NCBI RefSeq assembly: GCF_001194135.2
Contig: NC_068996.1
Location: forward strand, 29,139,101 to 29,194,293
Direction of reading: 5' to 3'
Length of the DNA stretch: 55,193 nucleotides
DNA from: Octopus bimaculoides
Taxonomy: Eukaryota
Shown: positions 35,301 to 45,694 of the stretch, one piece after another
Position numbering within the stretch: position 1 is the first letter of the stretch
How the letters are laid out: every line of letters starts with the position of its first letter
The notes under the pieces: model-generated
What the model saw: the letters and a program-made list of their open reading frames with translations, nothing else
The model's database searches: none
What the model was told of the DNA's origin: nothing
Position numbers and translations under genes: made by a program

Positions 35301-36813
35301 TGGTCAAAAGAAATATTTTATTCATAAAGATGGCCAGGACTCCTTGAGGAATCCTGTGAAGAGTGAGATATGGACAGATTATTTGGATTATCTTTTTACT
35401 ATTTTTTTTTAGTCATTAGACTGTAGCCATGAAAAATTTTTAATCAAATGAACCGACCCCAGAACTTATTTTTCTTTAAGCCTGGTACATATTCTACTAG
35501 TCTCTTTTGCCGAACCACTAAGTTACAGGGATGTAAACACACCAGCTCCAGTTGTCAAGCAGTGGTGGGGGTAAAACACAGACACGGTCACACACACACA
35601 CACACACACACACACGCAATATCACACACACACACAATATGACATGACAGGCTCCTTTCAGTTTCCATCTACCAATTCACTTACGCAGTTTTGATTGGCC
35701 CAGGGCTACAGTAGAATGCATTTTCCCAAGGTGCCATGCAGTGGGACTGTGAGACTGATCCCAGAACCATGTGGCTGGAAAGCAAGGTTCTTATCACACA
35801 GCCACATTGTCCAGCCCCATGGTGAAGAAAGAAGAATTATATGTGTATGAATATTATTTTGTTTTCTTAATTAAGAAAATGATTGCAAAAAATTTTCCTA
35901 ATATTTTGATGGTGGTAAGATTGGTATTGTTCAGTCTTGGTCATTGTAAAAACAATGATTTGGACAAAAGAAAAAAAATCAGTTTTATTCATGGTAGCTT
36001 TAGAAATATGGTTGAAGGAATTCATTTTTGACATGCTACTGTAAAAAATTAATTCTTAATTTTATTTCCTTTTCAGGTTACAACAGGCTTTGGCATTCAG
36101 GTCTAATTCCACCTTATTCTGCAATGCTCTATCTCTTTCCTGATATAAATGCAGGGATTTTTGTTGCAATAAATGGACCACTTGGAAGTAATCATCGCTA
36201 TGGATTAAAATCATTGGCTTGGACAGGTTCTGATATTCTTCTTGGTGAGAAACCTTGGTTAAACACAAGTACCTCTTGCTCGTACCCTAAACCTTGGTAT
36301 ACAATTGCTAAGACATCTCAAGTACAACCTAAAAAAACTGTACATCTTCATCGACCAGCCAAAGACTTTTTGGGTTTGTTTTGTCATAGAGGTTTTGGAA
36401 ACATTACAGTTTTTCTCAATCAGACCAGCCAAAAGCTAAACATGGAATTTGGCAGATATGGTAAATTAAGCCTGAGGCCTGTTGGCAAGAATGAATTCAT
36501 AGCACAAAATTACGGACCTCTTTGGTTCTTAACTGATTCTGATGATAATAATGAGACGATGACTGTAAGATTTTCAGAAAACAGTGAAAATGAGATTGAA
36601 TCAATATTGTTTCCTGTAGGTAATGATTTTGTGGTGCCATTTGTAAAAGACATGAAGGAGCTAGTTTATGTAAGTGTCACTATGAAGATGGCAACATGCT
36701 CAGCAGTGAAACAGAAGGAACCACAAGAACACTTGATGTTTTTCACTGCTATACTCTGCTGTACCACTTCACTTTTTCTCAGTGGTATTCAACCAGGAAT
36801 AGCGATAAGTTGA
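9255..36813 (+). CDS. Spliced gene model join(9255-10861,23252-23428,24843-25100,32008-32258,36077-36813): secreted serine beta-lactamase/PBP-like (class C/peptidase S12-type) hydrolase, 1009 aa
   Basis: All four introns are GT-AG with compatible phases (2,2,2,1). Joined CDS is 3030 nt, divisible by 3, with no internal stop. Motifs occur in family order: FxIGSVTK, TLKDMLSHRTG, YNN, PAGSIYTT, HSG. Confidence 0.9.
11370..11800. repeat. Degenerate ~100-140-bp tandem repeat
   Basis: Recurrent ttcca(a/g)ctgtgac..atcc, cattatcca and atccagcagac blocks. Confidence 0.45.
13120..13700 (+). mobile_element. RTE-clade LINE fragment (end of AP endonuclease and linker)
   Basis: SDHSLVLMTMRFKLK..IQFDIDKLKD..GGRFAAL and KTREAKEEWI resemble BovB/RTE ORF segments. 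Confidence 0.6.
14600..15890 (-). mobile_element. 5'-truncated RLE-type (R4/Dong-like) LINE, family B
   Basis: FEGYVFAIQEQ..STKYL, then KHNTADIMIWDR..EISCPTDVNIKLKISEKE..PVIIGTL (degraded PD-(D/E)xK region). Stop near 14893, then a 3' UTR ending next to TATG/TG repeats. Confidence 0.72.
16015..17790 (+). mobile_element. RTE-clade LINE 3' part: RT end with a degenerate Cys cluster, CT-rich 3' UTR, (GAT)n tail
   Basis: WKQNLESKCLKVNL; ACSICRKCVGRDSI; SMLHGGETWAV..RLERNEARML; shared tail gttaggaagagcatccagct...catgctagtatgg..tgatgat. Confidence 0.65.
18269..18815 (+). mobile_element. Family-B RLE LINE 3' fragment with an internal inversion
   Basis: Reverse complement of parts of 14620-15360. 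The orientation switch at 18491-18544 forms a 25-bp-arm hairpin. Confidence 0.7.
20033..21498 (-). mobile_element. Penelope-like element 3' fragment (GIY-YIG C-terminus) between ~300-bp inverted repeats
   Basis: ORF 20819-21037 reads FKRRYRTHVNSF..LARYIHDLK..WSI..YN..RC. Arms are at 20033-20329 and 21188-21498. Confidence 0.75.
22095..22990 (+). mobile_element. Probable Penelope-like 3'/pseudo-LTR remnant
   Basis: CT-rich non-coding stretch ending in a hammerhead-type fold before a (TA)n tract; no clear ORF. The class is inferred from that motif. Confidence 0.4.
22905..22953 (+). ncRNA. Minimal type I hammerhead ribozyme-like motif with a variant core
   Basis: GTCT-TCGATGA-A-GGGAAG(loop)CTTCCC-A-GAA-ACAGCTGT-A|AGAC: stem I, 6-bp stem II, palindromic helix III, GUA triplet. 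The core reads UCGAUGA rather than CUGAUGA. Confidence 0.55.
23123..23215 (+). mobile_element. Short RTE-type 3' tail insertion just upstream of exon 2
   Basis: ctgtccaacccatgccagcatggaaaa..ttaaatgatgatgatg, the tail shared with other RTE/SINE copies in the window. Confidence 0.65.
23252..23428 (+). CDS. Exon 2 of the beta-lactamase-like gene
   Basis: Acceptor is a poly-T run then gtag. Translates (N)ITWDTPVKEYIKDFEFTDEERTDHMTLKDMLSHRTGMPGY...; 177 nt; donor gt at 23429. Confidence 0.9.
23785..24222 (+). mobile_element. tRNA-derived SINE with a CORE-like block and an RTE-type tail
   Basis: gggttaagtcccac B-box-like sequence; gtggcaccttgggtaagtgtctt; ends gcatggaaaaatggatgttaaaatgatgatga. 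Confidence 0.65.
24843..25100 (+). CDS. Exon 3 of the beta-lactamase-like gene (YxN motif)
   Basis: Acceptor ttctctttccag; FRNTFNYNNYMY..IFVPLGMKNSGF (YNN at 24892-24900); donor gtaaaa at 25101. Confidence 0.9.
26655..26985 (+). mobile_element. Family-B RLE LINE 3' UTR fragment followed by (CATA)n
   Basis: aaaacatacaaatctgcgca...gttccaatgaaggagccttgaatctatgttaga matches 18710-18805. Confidence 0.6.
27853..28703 (-). mobile_element. 5'-truncated RTE LINE: ORF C-terminus and 3' UTR with ~60-bp internal tandem units
   Basis: MLHGSETWAMTAEDM, GRGRPRKT, DRDLWRYAV-like segments; the UTR matches 41000-41530 and 41995-42400. Confidence 0.78.
28927..29494. mobile_element. MITE with ~120-bp TIRs carrying a nested RTE-tail insertion (29057-29250, -)
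   Basis: agtagaggtacaggtgtcgatc..tttctaatgactcctttaattgattaat is complementary to attaatcaattaaaggagacattagaaa..gattgacacctgtgcctctact. Confidence 0.75.
30345..31150 (-). mobile_element. Penelope-like reverse transcriptase fragment
   Basis: MGSTDSAQVTDLVG..GLYRVDAL (degenerate YRDD) and VNFLDVNL..YEPYHKPNS. Confidence 0.75.
32008..32258 (+). CDS. Exon 4 of the beta-lactamase-like gene
   Basis: Acceptor ttttctgttttccag; SIYPAGPAGSIYTTPTDMIKW..YNMGW; donor gtttgt at 32259. Confidence 0.88.
32283..32850 (-). mobile_element. Unclassified retroposon 3' end with a (TAA)n tail at the start of intron 4
   Basis: ~500-bp non-coding body. A (TTA)n run at 32283-32340 is the tail on the - strand, and a short TAA repeat lies at the other end. 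Confidence 0.5.
33110..33620 (+). mobile_element. L1/Tx1-like LINE C-terminal fragment
   Basis: CQRCMQSNETILHALV*C (zf-RVT-like CCHC), then LWGYVEQLL..VFFCLVAVAKEV. Confidence 0.55.
33970..34900 (-). mobile_element. Old RTE-related 3' UTR/tail remnant, including an 18-bp minisatellite at 34641-34710
   Basis: (CAT)n tail, a gggtgcccttcctaacacc block, and an AG-rich tract like 39600-39990. Confidence 0.4.
35395..35805 (-). mobile_element. tRNA-derived SINE with a CORE-like block and internal (GT)n
   Basis: Reverse complement matches the 23785-23990 SINE (cccactgcatggcaccttggga..tggaaactgaaaggagcctgtc). Confidence 0.7.
36077..36813 (+). CDS. Exon 5: HSG motif, C-terminal domain, hydrophobic tail
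   Basis: Acceptor tttccttttcag; GYNRLWHSGLIPPYSAMLYLFPD (HSG at 36094-36102); TGA stop at 36811-36813. Confidence 0.88.
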
Positions 36814-37369
36814 ATAGCCAGTTCACCCTTGTTAGAATTTTCTAATTTAAAAGAAGTCTGTATATAGAAAGTGATGTATGGAATGATGTAAAATATCTGT
36901 ATGGATGGGTGGATATGTGTAGAGTAGACAGACAGAAATAGAAGCAGTCAAATATACAGAAGGTGAGAATATACAGACAATTTCCTAGTGATACACACAG
37001 CTGACTGTAGAAAATAGGTAGATATAGGAAGAGAGGGATATACTGAAAATACTAAAAGATATATAGGTAAGATGCTAGATAAACAAAAATACAGTGATGT
37101 GTGTGTGTGTGTGTGTGCGTGCATATGTGTGTGTGTGCATACATACACACACACAGATAGAGAAAGAAATCAATTGATCGGTGAAAAGTGAGAAAACTAG
37201 AGAGACAGAAATACTTACCAAAATGGATAGATGGATGAGTAACTAAGTAGATGGATATAATCAACTATACTCCTCTCTGATGAATTTAAATAAGGCTGTG
37301 GTCATGACCAAAAAATTATCATTATCATCATCATCATCATCATCATCATCATTATTATTATTATTATTA

Positions 37370-37564
37370 TTTGCTGGGCAAAATGCTGGCATTACATCTG
37401 TCTATATGCTCTAAGTTCAAATTCTGTCATGGTCAACTTTGCCTTCCATCCTTTCAGGATTGGTAAAATAAGTACCAGTTGAACACTGGGGCCAATGTAA
37501 TCAACTTACCCGCATCCTTGTAATTGCTGGCTTTGTGCCAAAATTTGGAATCATCATCACCATC

Positions 37565-37627
<63 letters not shown>

Positions 37628-38040
37628 GCGGGTGATGAATTGGTAGAATCATTATATCAATGGAAAAAAAAATGTCTTGTCATAGTTCTTCTTACTCTTT
37701 ACATTCTGAGTTCAAATATCACCAATGTCAATGTTATCTTTCATCTCTTTGAGAATAACAAAAGAAAATATAAGCTAAATCTAATTACTGATGCTGATGG
37801 TATCAACTAACCTCTTCCCCTCAAAAATTGCTGGCCTTGTGCTTAAATTATTATGATTTATTATTATTATTATTATCATTATTATTATTATTATTATTGT
37901 TATTATATAGGCAGTAGAAAGAGTAGAGTGGTATTTAGTTACATTCTGTGTCTAAATCCTGTTAGGATCAACTTTGCCTTTCATACTCTCAAGGGCTGAC
38001 AAAAAAAGCAACAATTAAGTATGATCTACCCCTACCTGCA
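37370..38040 (+). mobile_element. Three degenerate SINE copies in tandem, separated by (TTA/ATC)n
   Basis: Repeated ttcaaat..tcaactttgccttccatcctttc..aagtacc blocks; the same block occurs at ~3210-3290. Confidence 0.55.
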
Positions 38041-38645
38041 AAAATACGTTGTTTACATTTTTATTTCTAGTATATGTCACAAAGAAGCAGAACTAATTAT
38101 TCTAAATTTTTTTTTTAATTAAGAAAAGAGTCATCCCTCGATTTTTTTCTTTTTTCCTTTTTGCTTTTGAAGTTCAAGTCAAGTGGAGTCATGTGTAAAA
38201 AGATGGTTTCTTTTTTTGTTTTGCACAAAAATTAAATGTTTAAATGTTTGGGTCAACTAAAGATTATACTTTTTCAAAATATCAACCTCATCTCTGGAGT
38301 TAAAATATTTTCCAATATTTACGTCAGCATTATATTTTGATCAGTTTGATCTCCATTTGTTATAAAGAGTCTTTATTACTGAATGTGCACATAGTGCCAG
38401 AGCAGATTTAAATGTGGAATCTTTACTTCCAAACTAAAGTTAATGGAAAATATCTAAATATTTGAGATGGACATTAGTGAGAGGATAAAGATTCTTTTCT
38501 AATGTTTACATATATACTATATTTGGATTGGTTCGATCACTGATCAATATCATATCAATAAAATGTTATCTATCTATCTATCTATCTATATATATATATA
38601 TATCTATCATCTATCTAGCTGTCCGTCTGTGTATCTGTCTGTCTG

Positions 38646-38689
<44 letters not shown>

Positions 38690-38859
38690 TAAGAAAAATC
38701 TTTCACATCTGAAAATGACATTAGTATGAAACTGAAAAATTAAAATCTCCAACACAAAATGTTTTGCACAATAATTTATGTATGACAACAACAACAACAA
38801 TGATAATAATAACACCCAATTAAACAATATTTTGTGTTTGTCTCCATTGTAAATTTACA

Positions 38860-39040
38860 GAAATTTGATTTAGAATACCACATGAAAGAATTACAATATG
38901 GATTCTTGAAGCTGAACCAGCTGTCAGGAGACCTAGGAGTAGATCAAGAACAAGATGGTTCGATAATATCCATGGTTTCAGTTGATCACACTTGGGTACT
39001 CCTCCAGAAAGTGTAATGACAGTTACTTTTGAGAGGACCC
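38860..39040 (+). mobile_element. LINE ORF C-terminal remnant (RTE-like)
   Basis: RIPHERITIWILEAEPAVRRPRSRSRTRWFDNI resembles the G.RPRGRP..RW.D motif. Confidence 0.5.
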
Positions 39041-39377
39041 TGTAGTAGAGGTACCTGTGGACTCTCTCTCTCTGTAATCTTTGCAGAAATAGTGGATTAG
39101 GGAGATGGATGAATGTGAATCAATGCTATATTTTAGTGACACCACGTAACCCTTGAGGTTGACATTGTTCTTTGCATAACTTTAACTTCATAACATTACT
39201 CAAAAAGTGTTTGTGGACATTGCTCTATTCAGGATAAAGAGCCAGTGGCCATAATTTTTAGAAGCCCCACCACCACTTCAAGACTGGTGAAATTTATATG
39301 GTTGACTGTCAGGTTGAGTATATATAAGCTGATGAAGATAGCTTTATGGAATATCAAGTCAAACTTCTTTAAATCAC

Positions 39378-40530
39378 ACCATTATCATCGTCGTCATCAG
39401 TCATGTCCAGCTTCCATGCCATATGGTTTGGATGGTTTGACAAGATCCAATGTGTTAGAGGACTGTGTTAGGCTCTAATGCTTACTTTAGTATGATTTCC
39501 ATAGCAAGATATTCTTCCCAACACTAAGTACATTACAGAGAGAACTAGGCACATTTTTTTTATGGTTAAAAGTTGCTCCTATAACCGAAGAAGAATAGTA
39601 GAAGGAGAGGGCAAGATGGCAATGGTTCTCGGTGGAGAGATAAAAATGAGTAAGATGAGATTAACATACTTCTAGTTGCAGAGAGTAATAGTGGAAAGAG
39701 TAACAGAGATGTGGAGTAGTCTCTTGATGTTGGGTGAGGTGGAGTGTATGTCAGGATCAGGAGAAAGGGAAGGGATTAGTGACAGGGGTTATTAAGAAAA
39801 AAGGGGAGAAAGTGAAAAGATGATAGGGTGAGTTGTGTAGAGATGAGTTGTGTCTGGGACAATACTACATTATAAGGATGATTATAGACAGAAAGTGTAA
39901 AAGAGAGGGGTCAGAAAAGGGTGCACTAGACTAGGCTGGAGATGAATCTTTCCCCATTTGACCTATACTCATACACACCATACCACTTCTTTCTGTGGCA
40001 CTCTACCATATATATCACATTAGAAGAGAGGACTCATTTGATGATATAATCTTACAAATGTTATATTGAATAAAATATAGAATTTCATGATAAGTCTGCT
40101 GGGTCAAAGCTAACAGGAGACTAAACAACAACATTGTAGGAGGTGAGATGGGGAATCTAGGAGTTAATACACTGAGTAAAAGGAAAAGAGGGAGAAAGCA
40201 AAGTGCAACAAGCAAGATGTAATGACAGGTACTAAATGGAGCATCTTCTTGAAGGTGGTATACAACTAAATCTATTTCCTCTATGTTCTTAATGCATATT
40301 GCTCCTGAATATCTACCACTTACAAAGTCTATTTTCTCTGTTAACTTTCCATTGCACCTCTTGTGATTCCATTGCACTTTTTGTGTTTCCATACGTTACA
40401 ATGGATATATGACATGGAATTTCTACCCACACCTTTTATAGATAAAGACAGACATTTTTCTGAAGGGAATAGAACCCTGCCTGTTTTCTTGCTTACTTTT
40501 AACTCCAGGAGAGAAAGAGTTGATAAAATC
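39378..40530 (-). mobile_element. Degraded RTE LINE 3' part (RT Cys-cluster remnant, CT-rich UTR, tail)
   Basis: KGVGRNSM..HCNVWKHKKCNG, GKLTEKIDFVSGRY; tail catcgtcgtcatc..cagcttccatgcc. Confidence 0.55.
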
Positions 40531-40730
40531 AGCCTTGCCCCCCCACCAACACTGCCATGCATGCCATCGACTCTTCTATGCAAGAATTGGTCAACAGCGA
40601 CATCAACAACATCAACATAAAGGAAGTTTTCAGCGAAGAAGAAACTAAATTCTTGGATACAAGATAAAGCTGATGATATATGTATGTATGTATGTATGTA
40701 TGCATGCATGCATGCATGTATGTATGTATG

Positions 40731-40900
40731 TCATTATTCAGTTTATTTCAAGATTTCTTGCCAATAGAGAAAGAACCGGTTTCTAACNNNNNNNNNNTGC
40801 CAATAGAGAAAGAACCGGTTTCTAACCTAGATCCAAGACTTCTTCATTGCAATTTCAACATCAACAACAGGGTATTTTTGTTTGTATGTATGTATGTATG
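40731..40900 (-). mobile_element. Family-B RLE LINE 3' end abutting (TATG)n
   Basis: tcattattcagtttatttcaagatttcttgccaatagagaaag matches 14601-14705. Confidence 0.7.
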
Positions 40901-40956
40901 CATGCATGTATGCAAGCATACATGCATGCATATGTGCGTGTGTATATATATATCAC

Positions 40957-41641
40957 GACCTTCGAACATTAGGCCTCACCGAGGCAATGACTAGTGACCG
41001 AGACCTTTGGAGATATGCTGTGCTTGAGAAGACCCAACAAGCCAAGTGAGACCATAACCCATGACCTATGCCAGTGGTGTATAACCAGCCCACTTATGCG
41101 TACCCTTCATTCATTGGAATGCGAAGACCTGTTGAGGCAAATGAAATCAAAATTGCTGATGTGGCCAATGACAGAACTGCCTGATTGGCACTTGTGCCAG
41201 TGGAACGTTAAAATCACCATCCGAGCATGATTGTTGCCAGGGCCGCTGACTGGCTCCCATGCCAGTGGCATGTAAAAAGCACCATTTGAGCGTGATTGTT
41301 GTTAGCATCGCTTTACTGGCATATGTGCCGGTGGCACGTGAAAAACAACATTTGAGCGTGGTTGTTGCCAGTGCTCCTGTGCAAGTGGCACATAAAAAAA
41401 CACCTTTTAAGTGTGGTTGTTGCCAGTACCGCCTGACTGGCCCTTGTGTTGGTGACACATAAAAGCACCCACTACACTCTTGGGGTGGTTGACGTTAGGA
41501 AGGGTATCCAGCTGTAGAAACTCTGCCAAATCAGATTGGAGCCTGGTATAGCCTTCTGGCTCATCAGTCCTCAGTCAAACCATTCAACCCATGCCAGCAT
41601 GGAAAGCAGATGTTAAACAACGACGATGATGATGATGATGA
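40957..41641 (+). mobile_element. RTE LINE 3' end with ~60-bp tandem UTR units and a (GAT)n tail
   Basis: DLRTLGLTEAMTSDRDLWRYAV; repeated catttgagcgtg..ttgccagt..actggc units; tail ccatgccagcatggaaagcagatgttaaac..gatgatg. Confidence 0.8.
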
Positions 41642-41940
41642 TATATATCACCAACATCCAGTGTTTTAAATCCAGGTTTTGTCCCCATTAACGGGGTTGT
41701 CTGGATCTACCAAAATGCCATAGCAACTGCCCTCATACCATCTCACCATCTTACCCAGTTTTGAGTGTGCTCCTTTTTCAAACCAACCCTCCCAATCTCC
41801 TCCTCTACCTTTTCCTCAGTCTACCTCACTTTCATGCTCCACTTACCTCAAATGCAATCATCCTCCTCAGAACATGCTCTGTACATATACATATATATTT
41901 ATATGTGTATATGTATATGTGTGTGTGTGTATATATATAT

Positions 41941-44605
41941 CATCATCATCATTTAACGTCCATTTTTCATGCTGGCATGGGTTGGACAGTTTGATCTGGC
42001 AGTGTTTCTACAGCTAGATGTCCTTCCTAATACCAACCACTCTGAGAGTGTAGTGGGTGCTTTTTATGTGCCACCAGCATAGGAGCCAGTCAGGCGAGCT
42101 TGGCATCAGTCATGTTCACATAGTGCTTTTTACATGTCACCGGCACATGAGCCAGTCAGGGGGTACTGGTATAGGCCACATTCAGATGGTGTTTTTTATA
42201 TGCCACTGGCATGGGAGCCTCTCAGACGATCATGTTTGGATGATGCATTTTATGTTCCACCATAATGGGAGCCAATCAGGGAGCACTGGCCACAGCTACA
42301 ATCCTGGTTTTACTTGACTCAACTGGTCTTCTCAAGCATATCCAGCTGCGATCTCACTTTAGTTGCCAGGTCTTCTTAATCACAGCATATCTCCAAAGGT
42401 CCCAGTCTCCTGTCATTGCTTCTGTGAGGCCCAACGTTTGAAGGTCATGCTTCACCACCTCATCCCATGTCTTCCTGGCTCTACCTCTTCCATAGGTTCC
42501 TACTACATTTAGGGTGTGGCACTTCTTCACACAGCTGTCTGCATCTATATGTAACATAACTATACCAGTGCAGTCGTCTCTCTTGCACACCACATTTGAT
42601 GCTTCTTATGTTCAACTTTTCTCTTAGGGCACTCGCACTCTGTCAAGTATGCACACTGACATTACACAGCCAGTAGATCATACTAGCTTCATTTCTTTCA
42701 AGCCTATCATGTCCTCAGCAGTCATGGCCTGTGTTTCACTGCTGTGTAGCATGGCTGTTCACACACATGCATCATACAATCTACCTTTCCTCCTGATTGA
42801 GTGTCCAGTAGAGGTAGGAGCTCCTTGAGTTTTGCTCAGGTTATTCTTATTCTAACCACTACACTTTCAGAGCATCCACCCCCACTACAGACTTGGTCGC
42901 CTAGGTAGCAGTAGCTATCAACTAGTTCTAGTTTTTCTCCCTGGCATGTGATGGAATATGTTTTCTGTACATCTTCACTGTTTATTACCCCTGTGCATCT
43001 GCTACACACAAAAATTATCTTTTTGGTTAACCTTCCTTTGATATTGCTGCACCTTTATGTGTCCATAGCTTACACGAGGTACATCGTATGGAGTTTCTAC
43101 CCATGCCTTTTCTACAGATCGAGCAGGGCCATCTACCTGAAGGGGTTTGTGACTTGTCAGCCTTCCTACTCACTAAGATGTTGGTTTTTGCTAGGTTAAC
43201 TCTAAGATCCTTTGATTCTAGGCCTTGCTTCCACACCCTAAACTTTGTCTCTAGTTCTGGCACTGACTTGGCTATTAGTGCAAAGTCATCAGCATAGAAG
43301 AGCTCCCAGGGGCAGCTTGTCTTGAATTCCTCTGTTATTGCCTGGAGGATCATGATGAATAAAAGGGAGCTGAGGATTGATCCTTGGTGAACCCCTACTT
43401 CTACTTGGAATTCTTCATTGCCAACCCTTACTTTACTGACAGCATCCTTGTACAGGGTTTGTACAGCTCTTACCAACCATTTGTCTTTCCCTAGTTTCTG
43501 CATTGATCATCAGATAATGGATCGGGGGACCCTATCAAAGGCTTTCTCCAAGTCAAGTACAGAGGTTTATCTTTGACGAGGTATTTCTCCTGCGGTTGCC
43601 TTACCAGAAACATAGCATCAGTGGTGCTTCTGTCTCACACAAAACCAAATTGCATCTCATCTAGGCTAACTCTTGCCCTAACTAGTTGGGCTATGACCCT
43701 CTCTGTAACTTTCATCAGCTGATCCAATAATTTGATACCCCTGAATTTATTTCTCTCTAAAGCATCACCTTTACCTTTGTAGCAATTGACTATGGTGCTG
43801 CTACACCAGTCATTGGGTATGACTCCTTCGTGAACCACCTGATTTACAGTATTGGTGACTAGACCATAACCCACACTGCCCGATGTTTTAAGCATCTCAG
43901 CAGTGCTTCCTGATGGGCCAGGTGTTTTCTCTGTCTTCATATCCTTAATTGCTTTATCTACCATGGTGCTGTCGATTCAAGTAGCTGGTCTCTCAATTAG
44001 GTCAACCTTTAGCAGACTCTCCTCAACCCATTCATTCTCCACATTCAGCAGTCTTTCATAATGGCATCTCCAAGCCTCTTTCTCTGCAGAATCATTAAAT
44101 GTGAGGGCATTATCATACATGCAGACACATTTCTCTCCTATGACTCTCCGGTTTTCTCTCACACACTGTCGTGCAATCTGAAATATTTCAGTTCTTTGCT
44201 CCTCACATCACTGAACATTGGCAAACTACTTCTTTTCTGCTACTCCCTTGGCTATATATGCTTGCATCCTAGCTTCTCTTTTGTCTATCTGAGACAGTCC
44301 TCTGCTACCCCCACTCTTTCAGGCCTTCTAGGTCTGTTTCTTTGCTCTAATAGCCCTGTCTACAGTATTGTTCCACCACCGTGTTACCCTAGGTCTAGAA
44401 GGGACTTTGCACCAGCCACTGATTTGGTCTGTGGCTCTCAGCAAGCTGTCTCACAGGAATTCCCAGCTGCTTTCTATGTCACAGGACTGTAGCTCCTCCA
44501 CCCTCTCATCAAATTTCTCGGTAAGGATTTGCTTAAATCTCTGACCATGTGGGGTTCTTGAGCTTCCAAGTCCTTCTTTTCCAGATTGGTCTGCTTTTTG
44601 GCATC
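41941..44605 (-). mobile_element. 5'-truncated RTE-clade LINE (endonuclease end, RT, 3' UTR), disrupted by stops and frameshifts
   Basis: KTPGPSG..AEMLK; YKGKGDALER..RGIKLL; VGVHQGSILS.LLF; ELFYADD; LRVNLAKT; GRGRARKTWDEVV. Confidence 0.88.
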
Positions 44606-45299
44606 CACACACACACACATATATATATGTACACACACACACTCACACTCACTCTCACACACACACACATACCTACGAGTTTGTATAATTGCACACAGAT
44701 AAGTATATTAGTCAATGAAATTCTAACATGGACTGATTTTTAAGTTTTATTTTTCTATTTTTTACAATTTTACAATATTACAAGTACTTTCATGCTTTCC
44801 ACAATCTTCAGGTTTATGTAGTAGTAGTATAAACAGACAGTTGTGCCTCACAATTGAAAACTGTTGGGAAATAACTGAATTAGTCCTTTAAATACCTTCC
44901 AATCAGTTCCAGCAACCTCAGTATTACAGGCAATATTTTAATCAATCACCATGTGACTTAGATGTCATGGTGTGATGAGCATGCCAGTGCAGTTGACATT
45001 GAAAGTGCTTTCTTCATAGAAACATTTTAGTCAATCAGCATACAGCTTAGATGTCATACTCTGATGAGGGTGCCAATGTAGTTGATATTGACAGCATTTA
45101 TTCATGGGAATATTTTAACCTATCAGAGTAATTTGTAAAGGATTTGGCTGCATTCAGATGTTGAAAAACATGTAATAATACTGTTAAAATTCCAACTGCT
45201 TTTAGTAAAATTTAAAAAAATTAATTCTTTTATATTTCAACTTAAAATTGTTTTAATAAAACAATGATGTCAGACATCAACAGAAAGTAACATGCAATA

Positions 45300-45595
45300 T
45301 CTAAAAAGCCTTGTCAATCTGCCTCATGGTCCCAGTAGACAAAATGGAAAAGGCATTGCCCTGGAGGATGGTGAGGGAGATGCACTCTATCTCACAGGAC
45401 TCACTCTTGTGGATAACCATCTCTGCCTTGATAGCAGTGAGCAGGGATGTGGTCTGGGGGCTAAAAATGCCAGAGGTCTCCACAACTACAGACTTTACCA
45501 AAAGCCTATCAGAGAGCAGCTGATACTTTGGCATTTTGCCCTTCTTGGCCTGATGGCCACTGGAGAAGGTGTCACAGCATATGGCATCTAGGATG
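45300..45595 (-). mobile_element. CRE-like RLE LINE C-terminal fragment
   Basis: LDAICCDTFS..KYQLL..VETSGIF..SLTILQGNAFSILST resembles WDATC.DT..KY..VET.G..AIQRGNA.S of CRE-type elements. Confidence 0.55.
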
Positions 45596-45694
45596 GGGGG
45601 GGGGGGCTACTCTCATGAAATGGAAAAATTGTCATACTGTCAGACCTTTTACTGTCCCTCAGTCTAGCCAAAATTATGTTTAAATCATTATCAT

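Noticed and set aside
9255-36813. Assigning the symbol LACTB
   Set aside because: A secretory signal, hydrophobic C-tail and HSG motif do not fit mitochondrial LACTB, and orthology cannot be shown here.
40760-40830. Direct duplication on both sides of a 10-N gap
   Set aside because: Most likely an unmerged contig overlap.
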